Source: Archangium sp.
GTDB lineage: Bacteria > Myxococcota > Myxococcia > Myxococcales > Myxococcaceae
Assembly (NCBI GenBank): GCA_031367385.1
Contig: JANLPS010000418.1
Coordinates: 1 to 35,108 of the forward strand
Length of the DNA: 35,108 bases
Direction: 5' to 3'
Below the pieces are notes generated by a model. The model saw only the letters and a list, made by a program, of their open reading frames with translations. It had not been told where the DNA came from and ran no database searches. Positions within the stretch are counted from its first letter, which is position 1; every line of letters begins with the position of its first letter. A program made the translations under genes and the position numbers. This document shows, piece by piece, positions 1 to 9,289 of this stretch.

Positions 1-1
1 T

Positions 2-754
2 GTCGACGAGCACCAGGTGTTTGCCGAGCGCCACTCGGGCGGCGACCACCGCGGGTATCGCGTCGTTGTATTGCCGCACGAAGACATTGTCGTCATCGCT
101 TTGCGTCGGCGTGATCAGCGCGACGATGATCAGCGCCGAGGGTGCGTCAGCGATGAGCTGGTCGAGCAGGTGCCCGAGGCGATCTGCAGAGTCGGTGAGG
201 TGCGAACGCGAGACGTCGTTGGTGCCGATCATCAACGCGATGATGTCGGGTTGGTTGGTCGAGAGCGACGCGTCGATGAGGTCGGCGATGTTGTACTGAG
301 AGTGCGTCGCATCGATTGAGTACCCGGCGTGGCCTTCATGCGCGCGAGAGAAGGTGACGCCGTCGACGATCGCCGGCCCGTTGGCCTGGGTGCCCACGAA
401 GACGATTGATTGGTTGGCCGCCAGCACCTTTCGAAAGAGCGGTATTCGGTAGCCGCCTTCGTAGCCTTCGGTGATCGAATCTCCGAGGGGCATGAAGCGG
501 CACGGCGTGGCGGCCGGGCATGGGTTGTACCCGCCGCCGTCAAGAAAGGGAGCGGCGCCAGCGTCGCGCGTCGCACCCGCATCGAGCGCAGAGAGACCCG
601 CGTCGAGCGCCCTCCCCGCATCGAGCGCGAAGAGGCCTGCGTCGCTGTTCGGTTCGCCCTCATCAGGGGTCGCTGCGTCGGCCTGGAGCGGGAACGGCTC
701 GCCGACCACCCCGACGCAGCTGCTCAGCACGATGAGGCAAAGAGGGCGATACAC
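2..754 (-). CDS. SGNH/GDSL hydrolase lipoprotein (CE3-like esterase); 3' end runs off the window
   Basis: Not in the ORF track; translated by hand from GTG at 754. Signal/lipobox MYRPLCLIVLSSC, then a DAG-repeat linker, then the SGNH blocks MPLGDSITEG, HEGHAGY and PDIIALMIGTND. Confidence 0.85.
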   Translation of the reverse strand, partial: MYRPLCLIVLSSCVGVVGEPFPLQADAATPDEGEPNSDAGLFALDAGRALDAGLSALDAGATRDAGAAPFLDGGGYNPCPAATPCRFMPLGDSITEGYEGGYRIPLFRKVLAANQSIVFVGTQANGPAIVDGVTFSRAHEGHAGYSIDATHSQYNIADLIDASLSTNQPDIIALMIGTNDVSRSHLTDSADRLGHLLDQLIADAPSALIIVALITPTQSDDDNVFVRQYNDAIPAVVAARVALGKHLVLVD

Positions 755-832
755 TGCCGTGAATTCACCAACTTCCACGCCGAATTGAAATGGGGTGCAA
801 CCTCGTGGCACAGCCCCATGTCACCCTGGGCG

Positions 833-2122
833 ATGCCGCAATCTGTCAAGTGCTCGATTCTCTGTCTGCTGGCGGCGTGTGGCGCCGCGGAGTCTTCGGT
901 CGACGATGCCGGGGGCCTCGCTGCCAACCGCCCTGCCCCACTCGACGCGGGGAAGCTCGGAGTCGTCGATGCCGGCCAACCGCCCTTCGACTCGGGCGTT
1001 CTCCCCGACGCCGGCCGGCCCGACGCAGGCATTCGCGACGCCGGCCTGAGCGTTCCTGACGACGGCCGGCCGCGCGATGCGGGGCCCCGGCCAGACGCCG
1101 GCCCTCCGACCTTCGATGCCGGCGATGGCTTCGGCTTCGGCTGGAGTGAGTTGCCCAACACCAAAATGCGCTCGGTCTGCTCGCCGAGCATGGCGGGCGA
1201 CGATCTCTACGGCACCAATGGCTGCGCAGCGGTGATGTCCGCGTGGTCGGGCGGCATCGCAGACCTCGCCCGAAGTCGACTGATCGTCTGGGGCGGGGGT
1301 CACAACAACTATTACGGCAACGAGGTGTACGCGTTCGACCTGGCCCTCACCCGCTGGGAGCGGCTCACCGACCCCACGCGGCCCACTGCCCCCAAAGACC
1401 AGTACGGCCCCATCTCGCTCGGGACCGACGCGAATGGTCGTCACACGTTCGATGGTCTGGTGGCGGTGCCCGAAAAGGACCTGATGTACGTCGTTGGTGG
1501 CGCCCCGTCGGGCGGCATGGGCGGCATCAGCTCCGACACGTGGACCTTTTCGCTCGCTGCCATGACGTGGTCTCTCAAGTCAGCTTCGCTCTCGGGTGCC
1601 AGCAACGGCATCATCGGAGCGGCCGACTATGACCCGGGCTCGAAGCTGATCTTCGTCAACTACCTGCAAGGCTTCAGCTCGTACGATTCGGCCACGAACA
1701 CCTACACGCGGCTCGACAACGGCGCGCCCGACTACCACTACACCGGCCGCGTCGACCCGCTGGCCAAGAAGTTCTTGCTGGTCAGTGGCGCGGGCTTTTG
1801 GGTCGCCGACATCTCGGCCTCTGGCGACAAGATGCTCAAGCCGCTGTCAATGACAGGGTGTTCTGGTCTGCAGGTCGATTTCCCCGGGCTGGCGTTTCAC
1901 CCGATGCTCGGCAAGCTCGTCGGCTGGGCAGGTGGCGATTCGGTGTACGTCATCGATCTCGCCGCCGGCTCCTGCAAGGTGCAAACCTTCCCGAACGGCC
2001 CAGGCCCTCAGCAAGACCTCGGCACGACTGGCCGGTTTCGATATTTCCCCAGTGAAAACGTGATGGTCGTGGCGAATGACGTCGACCAAAACGTCTACGT
2101 GTTGCGCATTCAGCCCGAGTGA
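833..2122 (+). CDS. Lipoprotein with DAG/Pro linker and kelch-like beta-propeller domain
   Basis: Start moved to ATG 833 (MPQSVKCSILCLLAAC, lipobox LAAC). Kelch-like GG/W blades: LIVWGGGHNNYYGNEVYAFDL...RWERL and MYVVGGAP...DTWTFSL...TWSL. Confidence 0.7.
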   Translation: MPQSVKCSILCLLAACGAAESSVDDAGGLAANRPAPLDAGKLGVVDAGQPPFDSGVLPDAGRPDAGIRDAGLSVPDDGRPRDAGPRPDAGPPTFDAGDGFGFGWSELPNTKMRSVCSPSMAGDDLYGTNGCAAVMSAWSGGIADLARSRLIVWGGGHNNYYGNEVYAFDLALTRWERLTDPTRPTAPKDQYGPISLGTDANGRHTFDGLVAVPEKDLMYVVGGAPSGGMGGISSDTWTFSLAAMTWSLKSASLSGASNGIIGAADYDPGSKLIFVNYLQGFSSYDSATNTYTRLDNGAPDYHYTGRVDPLAKKFLLVSGAGFWVADISASGDKMLKPLSMTGCSGLQVDFPGLAFHPMLGKLVGWAGGDSVYVIDLAAGSCKVQTFPNGPGPQQDLGTTGRFRYFPSENVMVVANDVDQNVYVLRIQPE

Positions 2123-2195
2123 GCACACAGAAGAGCACGCCCGCACCAAGCTGAGGCACGCGACACCGCACGCCGGTTCGAGCACACTGCGCCCA

Positions 2196-2486
2196 ATGCG
2201 AAAACCGCCGGCCGCGTTGCACACGATGCTCGGGCAAGTGCTCGGCAACGTGGCGCAGAAGACCGGCTCCGGCGCCCCGCTGACGCCGATCTGGGAGTCG
2301 GTGGTTGGCCCCCTGACAGCCCGACACGCCAGGGCGATAAGCCTCTTAAATGGGGTCTTGCTGGTTCGCGTCAACGCGCCCGGGTGGAGAGACCAGCTGC
2401 TGCTCCATGAACCCGAGCTCGTCGGCAAGCTGGCTGCCGCGTTGGGCCAGGGCGTCGTTCGGGTCTTCAAGATCGAGGTGGGTTGA
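2196..2486 (+). CDS. dciA: DUF721/DciA family protein (putative replicative helicase loader)
   Basis: 96 aa from ATG 2196. The pattern W-x2-VVG-x3-A-x-HARA...GVLLVRV...W...L...L...L fits DUF721. Confidence 0.7.
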   Translation: MRKPPAALHTMLGQVLGNVAQKTGSGAPLTPIWESVVGPLTARHARAISLLNGVLLVRVNAPGWRDQLLLHEPELVGKLAAALGQGVVRVFKIEVG

Positions 2487-3985
2487 TGTGGTTGACGTTG
2501 TCGTTGTTGATGTTGGCCAAGACGCCCGCGGCCGCACCGCAGAAGGCTGCGGCGGTGCGTGAAGAAGAGGTGCTGCACGTGGTTCGCGAGCACTTCGAGC
2601 GCACCGGTCGCAGCACGCCCGCCGATGACCCGGCCCTCAATCGCGCCGCCGCTGCGCTGGCGACCAAAGCCTTGCGCACCTCAGCCGATGAAGCCGCTGG
2701 GCTGCTCTCGGTGACCGAAGCCGTCTCGCGCCAAGGCGGGTGGGACCCAAGCCCGCTCGCGCTGTTCATCAAGGCTCCCGCCGAAGCGCTGCTCAAGGCC
2801 GTCGAGGGGCAGCAGTGGGGCGATGAGCCGGTCGACTCGATGGGCGTCGGCCTGGTGCTCGAAGGGCGGCAGGCCTCGCTGTGCATTCTGCTCGCGCATC
2901 GACGGGTCGAGCTGAAGCCCTTCACCCGCTCTCACAAGAAGCCGCAAGACAAGCGGCAGCGGCTGTGCGCGACGCTGCTGCCTCCGCTGACCACCGCGGT
3001 GCTGTATGTCACCCGCCCCAAAGGCGATGTCGATGAGCTGCCGATGAAGCTCGAGCACAGCGGAGAATGGTGCGGCGCCATTCCTTTTCCCCAGGTGGGG
3101 CGGTCGGCGGTCGAGGTATTGGCGCGCGGCCCCGCGGGCCCCGAGGTGGCGGCGCTGTTCTTCGTCGAAGTCGGCGTGTCGAGCGACGAAGACGAGCGGG
3201 TGTTCGTCGAGCCCTCGTCACCGGCCAAGGCGCGCACCGAGATTCTCGCCCGGGTGAATTCACTGCGGCTGAGCCAAAAAATCGGAGTGCTCTCACCCGA
3301 CCCCGCCCTCGATGACATCGCCCAGCGCTACGCCGAGCGAATGGCGAAAGAAGGCTTCTTCGCCCACGTCGCGCCCGATGGGTCTGATCTGCGCAGCCGC
3401 CTGACCCGTGGCAATTACCTCTTCACCGCCGCGGGTGAAAACCTGGGCTCGTCATCGGGCCCACTTGCCTCGCACTTCGGCATCGAGCACAGCCCGGGGC
3501 ACCGCAAGAACCTGCTCGAGCCGGGCTTTCAGTCGCTCGGGGTGGGCATCGCCAAGCGAGACGACGGGCTGACGATCGTGGCTGAAGTGCTGACCACGCC
3601 GCTCAACGATGGAGGCGACAACCCGGTGGCGCTGACCTACCAGGCGCTCAACCAGAGCCGCTCGCGCAAGAAGTTGCCGCCGTTGACGGCGAACGCGGTG
3701 CTCGAGGCGTTGGCGCAAGAACATGCCCGTGAGGCGCTGAAGCGAGAGCAGCCCAAGGTCGATTTACCGGGCGTGTCGCCACTGAGCGAACGGGTGTTCA
3801 AGGCCCTCGAAGACGTGAAGTATTCGTCGGTCGACGTGTACGTGACCGAGAGCGCGACCGTCGCGCCTGAGTCGAAAAACTTAGGAGATGAGAAAAACGC
3901 GCTGGTGGGGGTCGGCATGGTGCGGGGCGACTCCGAGCGCTTCGGCGCCAACAAGTTCTGGGTGGTCGTGATCTACGCGCATTGA
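2486..3985 (+). CDS. Secreted CAP (SCP/PR-1) domain protein
   Basis: Signal peptide. CAP motifs RVNSLR, LDDIAQRYAERMAKEGFFAH, GENLG and SPGHRKNLL, with degenerate CAP-like copies at both ends. TGATG overlap with the upstream gene. Confidence 0.85.
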   Translation: MWLTLSLLMLAKTPAAAPQKAAAVREEEVLHVVREHFERTGRSTPADDPALNRAAAALATKALRTSADEAAGLLSVTEAVSRQGGWDPSPLALFIKAPAEALLKAVEGQQWGDEPVDSMGVGLVLEGRQASLCILLAHRRVELKPFTRSHKKPQDKRQRLCATLLPPLTTAVLYVTRPKGDVDELPMKLEHSGEWCGAIPFPQVGRSAVEVLARGPAGPEVAALFFVEVGVSSDEDERVFVEPSSPAKARTEILARVNSLRLSQKIGVLSPDPALDDIAQRYAERMAKEGFFAHVAPDGSDLRSRLTRGNYLFTAAGENLGSSSGPLASHFGIEHSPGHRKNLLEPGFQSLGVGIAKRDDGLTIVAEVLTTPLNDGGDNPVALTYQALNQSRSRKKLPPLTANAVLEALAQEHAREALKREQPKVDLPGVSPLSERVFKALEDVKYSSVDVYVTESATVAPESKNLGDEKNALVGVGMVRGDSERFGANKFWVVVIYAH

Positions 3986-3990
3986 CCGAG

Positions 3991-4046
3991 GGGAAAAGGG
4001 GACAGGCTGGTTTATTTAGAAATAAACCAGCCTGTCCCCTTTTCCC
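3991..4046. repeat. Perfect 27-bp inverted repeat (REP-like palindrome, copy 1); may act as terminator or RNA stabiliser
   Basis: GGGAAAAGGGGACAGGCTGGTTTATTT (3991-4017), AG, then its exact reverse complement (4020-4046). Shares its core with 21371-21452. Confidence 0.9.
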
Positions 4047-4081
4047 GCGCGGCTGGGCGTGAAAGAAGCCCCGCGCCCCCG

Positions 4082-5098
4082 ATGACCCCGCGACAGCTCG
4101 CCGTGACAATGGTGTGCGCCGTTTCGATGGCCTGTGGCGGCCCGGCCGTCGATCACCTCGAGCCCAACCAACCCACGCCGTACAACGTGGTGTTGATCAC
4201 CGTCGACGGAGTTCGCTGGCAAGAGCTGGTCGATGGCTCAGACCCGCTGCTCACCAAGACTCCCGAGCCCCTCTTCCCCCTCTTCTGGAGCACGTTGGCG
4301 CCACGCGGCCGCTTCTACGGCAACCGCCGCGAAGGCAGCTCGATGACCGTCACCACCGCCGCGAACGCGAGCCTGCCCGGGTACACCGCGATCTACGCCG
4401 AGCGAGATCAAGGCTGCATGACCAACGGGTGCCGCCGCATCACGGTGCCCACCTTCATCGATCGCCTGCACGACGAGCTCGAGGTGCCCCCCTCGAAGAT
4501 CGAAGTCTTCGCCTCGTGGTCGAAGATGCGTCTGGCGGTCACCGGCAGAGACGACGTCGCCACCCTGCGTTGCGGCGTCGCCGAGCTGAACGAAGACCAC
4601 GCGAAAGACCCGCATGTCGAGGTCGACGGCGCGTTCGACTTCGATCGCTTCGCCGCCAGCGATGCCCTCGCCGCGCTCGACCGAGATCAGCCTCGGTTCT
4701 TGCACCTCGCGTTGCTCGATTCAGACCGCTACGGGCACCAGCGGCGGTACCAGAAGTACGTCGAGGTGTTGAAGGCCTACGATCGCACCCTGGCCGAGGT
4801 CGTCGAGCACCTCGAGCACGCCGGCGAATACGGCCGAAACACCGCGCTGATCGTAACCACCGATCACGGCCGCGGCCTGTGGGATCAGTGGGCCGATCAC
4901 GGGCCGCAAGTGCCAGCCTCGTCACACGTGTTCGCCTTCGTGATGCTGCCCCCCGCGGCGAACGAGCTCGTGCTGGCGACCGAGGGCGAGCGCGTCTTCA
5001 CCCACCATGACATTCGCCTCACCATCGAGACCCTGTTCGGGTTGAGCACCTTGCAGCACAGCACCGGCTTCATCACGCGCGCTGGGCACGTGCAGTGA
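4082..5098 (+). CDS. Alkaline phosphatase superfamily lipoprotein (phosphodiesterase/phosphoglyceromutase/sulfatase-like)
   Basis: Lipobox SMAC. Metal-binding motifs NVVLITVDGVR, D-x2-GH (DSDRYGH) and LIVTTDHGRG; putative Ser nucleophile in ASLPGY. Confidence 0.8.
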   Translation: MTPRQLAVTMVCAVSMACGGPAVDHLEPNQPTPYNVVLITVDGVRWQELVDGSDPLLTKTPEPLFPLFWSTLAPRGRFYGNRREGSSMTVTTAANASLPGYTAIYAERDQGCMTNGCRRITVPTFIDRLHDELEVPPSKIEVFASWSKMRLAVTGRDDVATLRCGVAELNEDHAKDPHVEVDGAFDFDRFAASDALAALDRDQPRFLHLALLDSDRYGHQRRYQKYVEVLKAYDRTLAEVVEHLEHAGEYGRNTALIVTTDHGRGLWDQWADHGPQVPASSHVFAFVMLPPAANELVLATEGERVFTHHDIRLTIETLFGLSTLQHSTGFITRAGHVQ

Positions 5099-5562
5099 TC
5101 TCGTTGGTGCTGCTGTTGGCGGCGGCTCCCGAGCGGCGAGTCGACGTGACGGTGGCGGCGTTTTCGTCATTGCCCGAGCGCTTTGGCGTCTGCGTCGCGG
5201 GCCACGTACCCCAGCCGGTCGAGATCGATCTCTGCGGCTTCGGCGACACCAGCGTGCTGACCGCGACCTCGCACGTCTTCTTGCGAAAATATTGGCGATT
5301 TTCGAGCGGCGGCTTCGAGCTTGGGCTTGGCGGCGGCGTCGGTGCACGCGTCACCCGCTTCTGCCCATTTTCGGTCTGTTCGTGGGGCGCTGGCCCCGAA
5401 GCCCTGGCCTCGATCGAAGCGGTGAAGTGGCTCTCTGGTACCGTCGGCCTGACGATTCAAGTCGATGGAGGCTTCGCTGCGCAGTGGGTTCGGTCGAGCC
5501 CGGGCGTGGTCGACCTGATGATTCGTTTTCCGTTCAGAGCGATGGCTGGGGTGGCGTTCTAG
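5095..5562 (+). CDS. Hypothetical secreted protein, possible small outer-membrane beta-barrel
   Basis: GTGA overlap with the upstream stop, short signal peptide, alternating amphipathic strands, C-terminal Phe (AGVAF). Confidence 0.6.
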   Translation: MISLVLLLAAAPERRVDVTVAAFSSLPERFGVCVAGHVPQPVEIDLCGFGDTSVLTATSHVFLRKYWRFSSGGFELGLGGGVGARVTRFCPFSVCSWGAGPEALASIEAVKWLSGTVGLTIQVDGGFAAQWVRSSPGVVDLMIRFPFRAMAGVAF

Positions 5563-5566
5563 CGAG

Positions 5567-6268
5567 TTACGGGCTCACCGTGAGCCGTCCGCTGCCGAAG
5601 AAGGTCGCGCCCACGGGGTTGCAGACCGAGAACCCCGAACAGGTGTCGACCGCAACACTGCCCAGCACTTCCACTGTCCAGTCATGGGGGCCTGGCGCTG
5701 ACTGCGGCATCGTGACGGTGATCTCGTCGCGGCTTCGCGTGGGAGGAATGACGGGGAGCGCCTCGCCACCGACCGGGCGAATGGTTGCCGAGGTCAGCGA
5801 TGTTTCGACCAAGGTGCGAGTCACATGAAACCGGAGCATGTCGCCTGGGTGAACCGCCTCGGTGCCGACGCGCTCGACGGCGACTTGAAACGCGGCTGAG
5901 CTGTCGAGCCCGAACGTCGCGCTCGAATCGGTGAGCTTGAGCGACATGCCCGACTGCACCGGCAGCTTCCCGTACAGTGGGATCTCGTACGTCGCGGGAG
6001 CGCACTGCTCACCAGGAATGAAATAGAAGGAGGTTGGCTTGACGCCGCCCGCCTCCACGACCGGCACGTCGCCACCATTCACCGTGAGCTTCGCGTCGAA
6101 GGTCGGGCAGCCGTCGGCCTCGAGCCGCAAATTGAACTTCACCACCTCGCCCGTCGACGTCGAGTACCAAGACGTCGCTCGAACGTTGGTCGCCTTTTTC
6201 AGGGGAGTCGTCGCCGGGCCACAGGCTGCGAGCACCACGACGGCGAGTGGAATCAAGGCAGGCTTCAC
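5567..6268 (-). CDS. Hypothetical lipoprotein
   Basis: MKPALIPLAVVVLAAC lipobox; beta-rich body with paired Cys. Confidence 0.7.
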   Translation of the reverse strand: MKPALIPLAVVVLAACGPATTPLKKATNVRATSWYSTSTGEVVKFNLRLEADGCPTFDAKLTVNGGDVPVVEAGGVKPTSFYFIPGEQCAPATYEIPLYGKLPVQSGMSLKLTDSSATFGLDSSAAFQVAVERVGTEAVHPGDMLRFHVTRTLVETSLTSATIRPVGGEALPVIPPTRSRDEITVTMPQSAPGPHDWTVEVLGSVAVDTCSGFSVCNPVGATFFGSGRLTVSP

Positions 6269-6316
6269 AGGCAGCGACTCTGCGACGACGGGTCGCCGGA
6301 AGCGACAACGATTCGA

Positions 6317-6871
6317 CTACGCATCCCACGTGACGTCGAGCTCGAGGGTCTTGCCCCCGTCGAGGTAGCGGTGCGCGACCAGGCGACCGTCGTGACCGGT
6401 AATCTCGAAGCCGAATCGAAACACGCCGCGCCACGCATGATGCACGATCTGCGGAGGGACCACCGGGTAGCGAAGCGTGACCGTGCCGCTGGTTTCGCTC
6501 TGTCGAACCCAGGTGCTCTCGACGCCGCGCATGGCGACCTTGAGCGAGTCACCAAGCCGAGAAAAGATCGTCGCCGGCGAGCTGCCGGTGATGGCCAGAG
6601 CGACCCGCAACATCGGCAGCACCAACCTGCCGAGCGACCGCTTGGTCATCAGGTAATTGAGGTGCTCGAGCGAGTCGTTGCCATACGCCTCGCCGATGCA
6701 GGCGGTCAGATCTTGAATTACCGTGGCAGGCACCCACTTCTGTTCGAAGAGGTGCGCGATGGTGGTCTGGCTCTGCGGCGACAGCTTCGGCTCGGCCTTC
6801 TCCAGAACGCCGAGCTCGGCAGCAGCTGCCAAAAACCCTGAGACATGCAAACTCGACGCTTCGTACGCCAT
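6317..6871 (-). CDS. Hypothetical cytoplasmic protein (DUF2378-like/V4R-like myxobacterial family)
   Basis: ATG 6871 preceded by GGAGG. Contains W-V-P motif (QKWVPA) and ends ...LELDVTWDA, as in myxobacterial small ligand-binding-fold proteins. Family call is tentative. Confidence 0.6.
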   Translation of the reverse strand: MAYEASSLHVSGFLAAAAELGVLEKAEPKLSPQSQTTIAHLFEQKWVPATVIQDLTACIGEAYGNDSLEHLNYLMTKRSLGRLVLPMLRVALAITGSSPATIFSRLGDSLKVAMRGVESTWVRQSETSGTVTLRYPVVPPQIVHHAWRGVFRFGFEITGHDGRLVAHRYLDGGKTLELDVTWDA

Positions 6872-6966
6872 TTCGGCCTCCTGCAACCCCTGGCCGTATA
6901 GCAAAGCGCATCGCACAGGTCTGACGCCTGATCGGGCCCCTCGGTGGTATCAGCAACGCTGCAGTC

Positions 6967-9198
6967 ATGGAGTCGACCTCACTTCTCGTCGCGGAGCTGG
7001 GCCCGACCAATACGGGCAAGACCTGGCGCGCGATTGAGCGAATGCTCGAGCACGACAGCGGCATGATCGGGCTGCCCCTGCGGCTGCTCGCACGCGAGGT
7101 CTATGACCGGGTCAGCGCCCGAGTCGGAGAAGCCCGCGTCGCGCTCGTCACCGGCGAAGAGAAACGGGTGCCCCCCCACCCTTCGTATTGGGTCTGTACC
7201 GTCGAAGCGATGCCGGTCGGGCAGCCGGCCGATTTTCTCGCGGTCGACGAGATTCAACTGTGCGCCCACCGTGAGCGAGGGCATGTCTTCTCGCAGCGCC
7301 TGCTGCACGCGCGCGGTCGCCGCGAGACCTGGTTTCTCGGCGCGGAGTCGATGCGCCCCGCCCTGCGCGAGCTGTTGCCCGGGGTGACGTTTCGGCGCAG
7401 TGAGCGGCTCTCGCAGCTGAAAGGCTTCGGTGCGCGCTCGCTCAAGAGCCTGCCAGCGCGATCGGCGGTGGTCGCGTTCTCGACTGAGCGGGTCTACGAG
7501 CTGGCGCACGCGCTCCGTGAGCTTCGAGGCGGGGTGGCTGTCGTCTTGGGTGGGCTTTCTCCGCGCACGCGCAACGCCCAGGTCGCGCTCTACCAGGCGG
7601 GGGAGGTGCAGTACCTCGTCGCCACCGACGCCATCGGCATGGGCCTGAACCTCGACTTGGATCGCATCGCCTTCGCCTCGCTCCAGAAGTTCGACGGCTT
7701 CGAGCAGCGCCCCCTCGCCGTCGACGAGCTCGGCCAGATCGCAGGTCGCGCCGGCCGGCATGTGCGAGATGGCCAGTTCGGCACGCTCACCTCGGCGCCC
7801 GCGCTCGACCCGCGCATCGTCTCGGCCATCGAGGAGCACCGGTTTCCTCCCGTGAAGCGGTTGGTGTGGCGCAGCGTCGAGCTCGACTTCGAGAGCCCGC
7901 ACGCGCTGCTCGACTCGCTCTCGGCTGCGCCCACCCATGCGCTCTTCAACCGTGTCGAGCGCGCAGACGACTTCGACGCGCTCAAAGCCGTGGCCTCCGA
8001 TGATGCGGTTGCGAGGCTGGCGACGAACCCCGAGCGCGTGGCGCTGCTCTGGGAGGTGTGCCGAATACCCGATTTTCGCAAGGGCCTGCTGGGCGACCAC
8101 ATACGCATGGTGAAAGACGTGTTTCTGCAGTTGGCAGAAGGCCACGGCCAGCTGCGCGAAGACTGGCTGCACCAGAAGGTGGCGCCACTCGACGACTTGA
8201 AGGGCGACCTGCACACCCTCACCGCCCGCCTGGAGGCGATTCGAACGTGGACCTACATCTCGCACCGCTCGGCATGGGTGGCTGACGCCGCGCACTGGCA
8301 GCAGAAGACGCGAGCCATCGAAGACGCGCTCGGAGACGCGCTGCATCAGCGACTGGTCGAGCGTTTCGTACACAAGTCGCCGCAGACCTCACGCCGCCGT
8401 CGTGGCCCGGTGCCAGCGCCCGAGGCGAGCGGGCCGTTCGCGCAGCTCGCGCGCTTCGTCGAAAATGGGCCCGAGCCCGAAGACTTCGTGCAGCGCGTCG
8501 TCGAGGCCCGAGGTGAGGCGCTGGAGGTCGATGCCTTTGGGCGGGTGTCGCTCGCGGGCGAGGCACTCGGCAAGCTGGTGCGCGGCCGCAATCGGCTCGA
8601 GCCTGGGGTGGCGCTGCTCGATGCCGACCTGTGGAACGGCGGCCAGCGTGCCCGGCTCGAGCGTCGGCTCTCCGCGTGTGCCCGTGATGTCGTGGCCCAG
8701 GCGATGGGCGGCTTCCCCGCTGAGGCGTTGACTGCGCAGGTGCGAACTGGGCCGTTGCGCGCGCTCGCCTGGCGCTTCGCCGCGGGGCTGGGCATCGTGC
8801 GACGAGACGCCGCGCTGCACGAGCAGGTGCGTCTGCTCGACGCTGACTCGCACCGCAGGCTCGACGAGCTGGGGGTGCGGCAGGGGTCGCGGTTTCTGAT
8901 CATCGAGCCGGCCCTCACGGCCGGGGCGCTCGAGCGGCGCGCGATGTTGACCGCGCTGTTCGACGCACGAGCCCGGCCGGCGGGTGTGCCCGGGGCGGCA
9001 GTGGTGCGGCGCGAGGTGATGAGCGGCTTCGACGCCCAAGCCTACGGGTACGAATGGCTCGGCCCGGTCGCGCTTCGCATCGACGCGCTCGAGGGCATTC
9101 TGCCGCTGCTGCCTGACCCGAGGCGGCTGGAACAAGCGTTCGACCGGCTCGGCATCGAGGCCGCACTGCGTACCCTGGTCGTCAAGCACCTCTCGTGA
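6967..9198 (+). CDS. SUV3/MgpS-like SF2 ATP-dependent helicase
   Basis: Walker A GPTNTGKT, PLRLLAREVY, DEIQ, ATDAIGMGLN, QIAGRAGR. Confidence 0.92.
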   Translation: MESTSLLVAELGPTNTGKTWRAIERMLEHDSGMIGLPLRLLAREVYDRVSARVGEARVALVTGEEKRVPPHPSYWVCTVEAMPVGQPADFLAVDEIQLCAHRERGHVFSQRLLHARGRRETWFLGAESMRPALRELLPGVTFRRSERLSQLKGFGARSLKSLPARSAVVAFSTERVYELAHALRELRGGVAVVLGGLSPRTRNAQVALYQAGEVQYLVATDAIGMGLNLDLDRIAFASLQKFDGFEQRPLAVDELGQIAGRAGRHVRDGQFGTLTSAPALDPRIVSAIEEHRFPPVKRLVWRSVELDFESPHALLDSLSAAPTHALFNRVERADDFDALKAVASDDAVARLATNPERVALLWEVCRIPDFRKGLLGDHIRMVKDVFLQLAEGHGQLREDWLHQKVAPLDDLKGDLHTLTARLEAIRTWTYISHRSAWVADAAHWQQKTRAIEDALGDALHQRLVERFVHKSPQTSRRRRGPVPAPEASGPFAQLARFVENGPEPEDFVQRVVEARGEALEVDAFGRVSLAGEALGKLVRGRNRLEPGVALLDADLWNGGQRARLERRLSACARDVVAQAMGGFPAEALTAQVRTGPLRALAWRFAAGLGIVRRDAALHEQVRLLDADSHRRLDELGVRQGSRFLIIEPALTAGALERRAMLTALFDARARPAGVPGAAVVRREVMSGFDAQAYGYEWLGPVALRIDALEGILPLLPDPRRLEQAFDRLGIEAALRTLVVKHLS

Positions 9199-9200
9199 GC

Positions 9201-9243
9201 GGCCCCAATTCTAGAGTTGTTTTTTTGTAACCTCACTTCACCG
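9201..9243. repeat. Left arm of ~44-bp imperfect inverted repeat
   Basis: GGCCCCAATTCTAGAGTTGTTTTTTTGTAACCTCACTTCACCG aligns with the reverse complement of 10011-10053. Confidence 0.85.
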
Positions 9244-9289
9244 GCCCGTTCGCGAGGGCGAGGCGACCTCAACTCAGAACAATGAAACC

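Noticed and set aside
410..832. N-terminal extension of ORF 410-2122
   Set aside because: It is antisense to the SGNH gene, and the lipoprotein signal begins at ATG 833.
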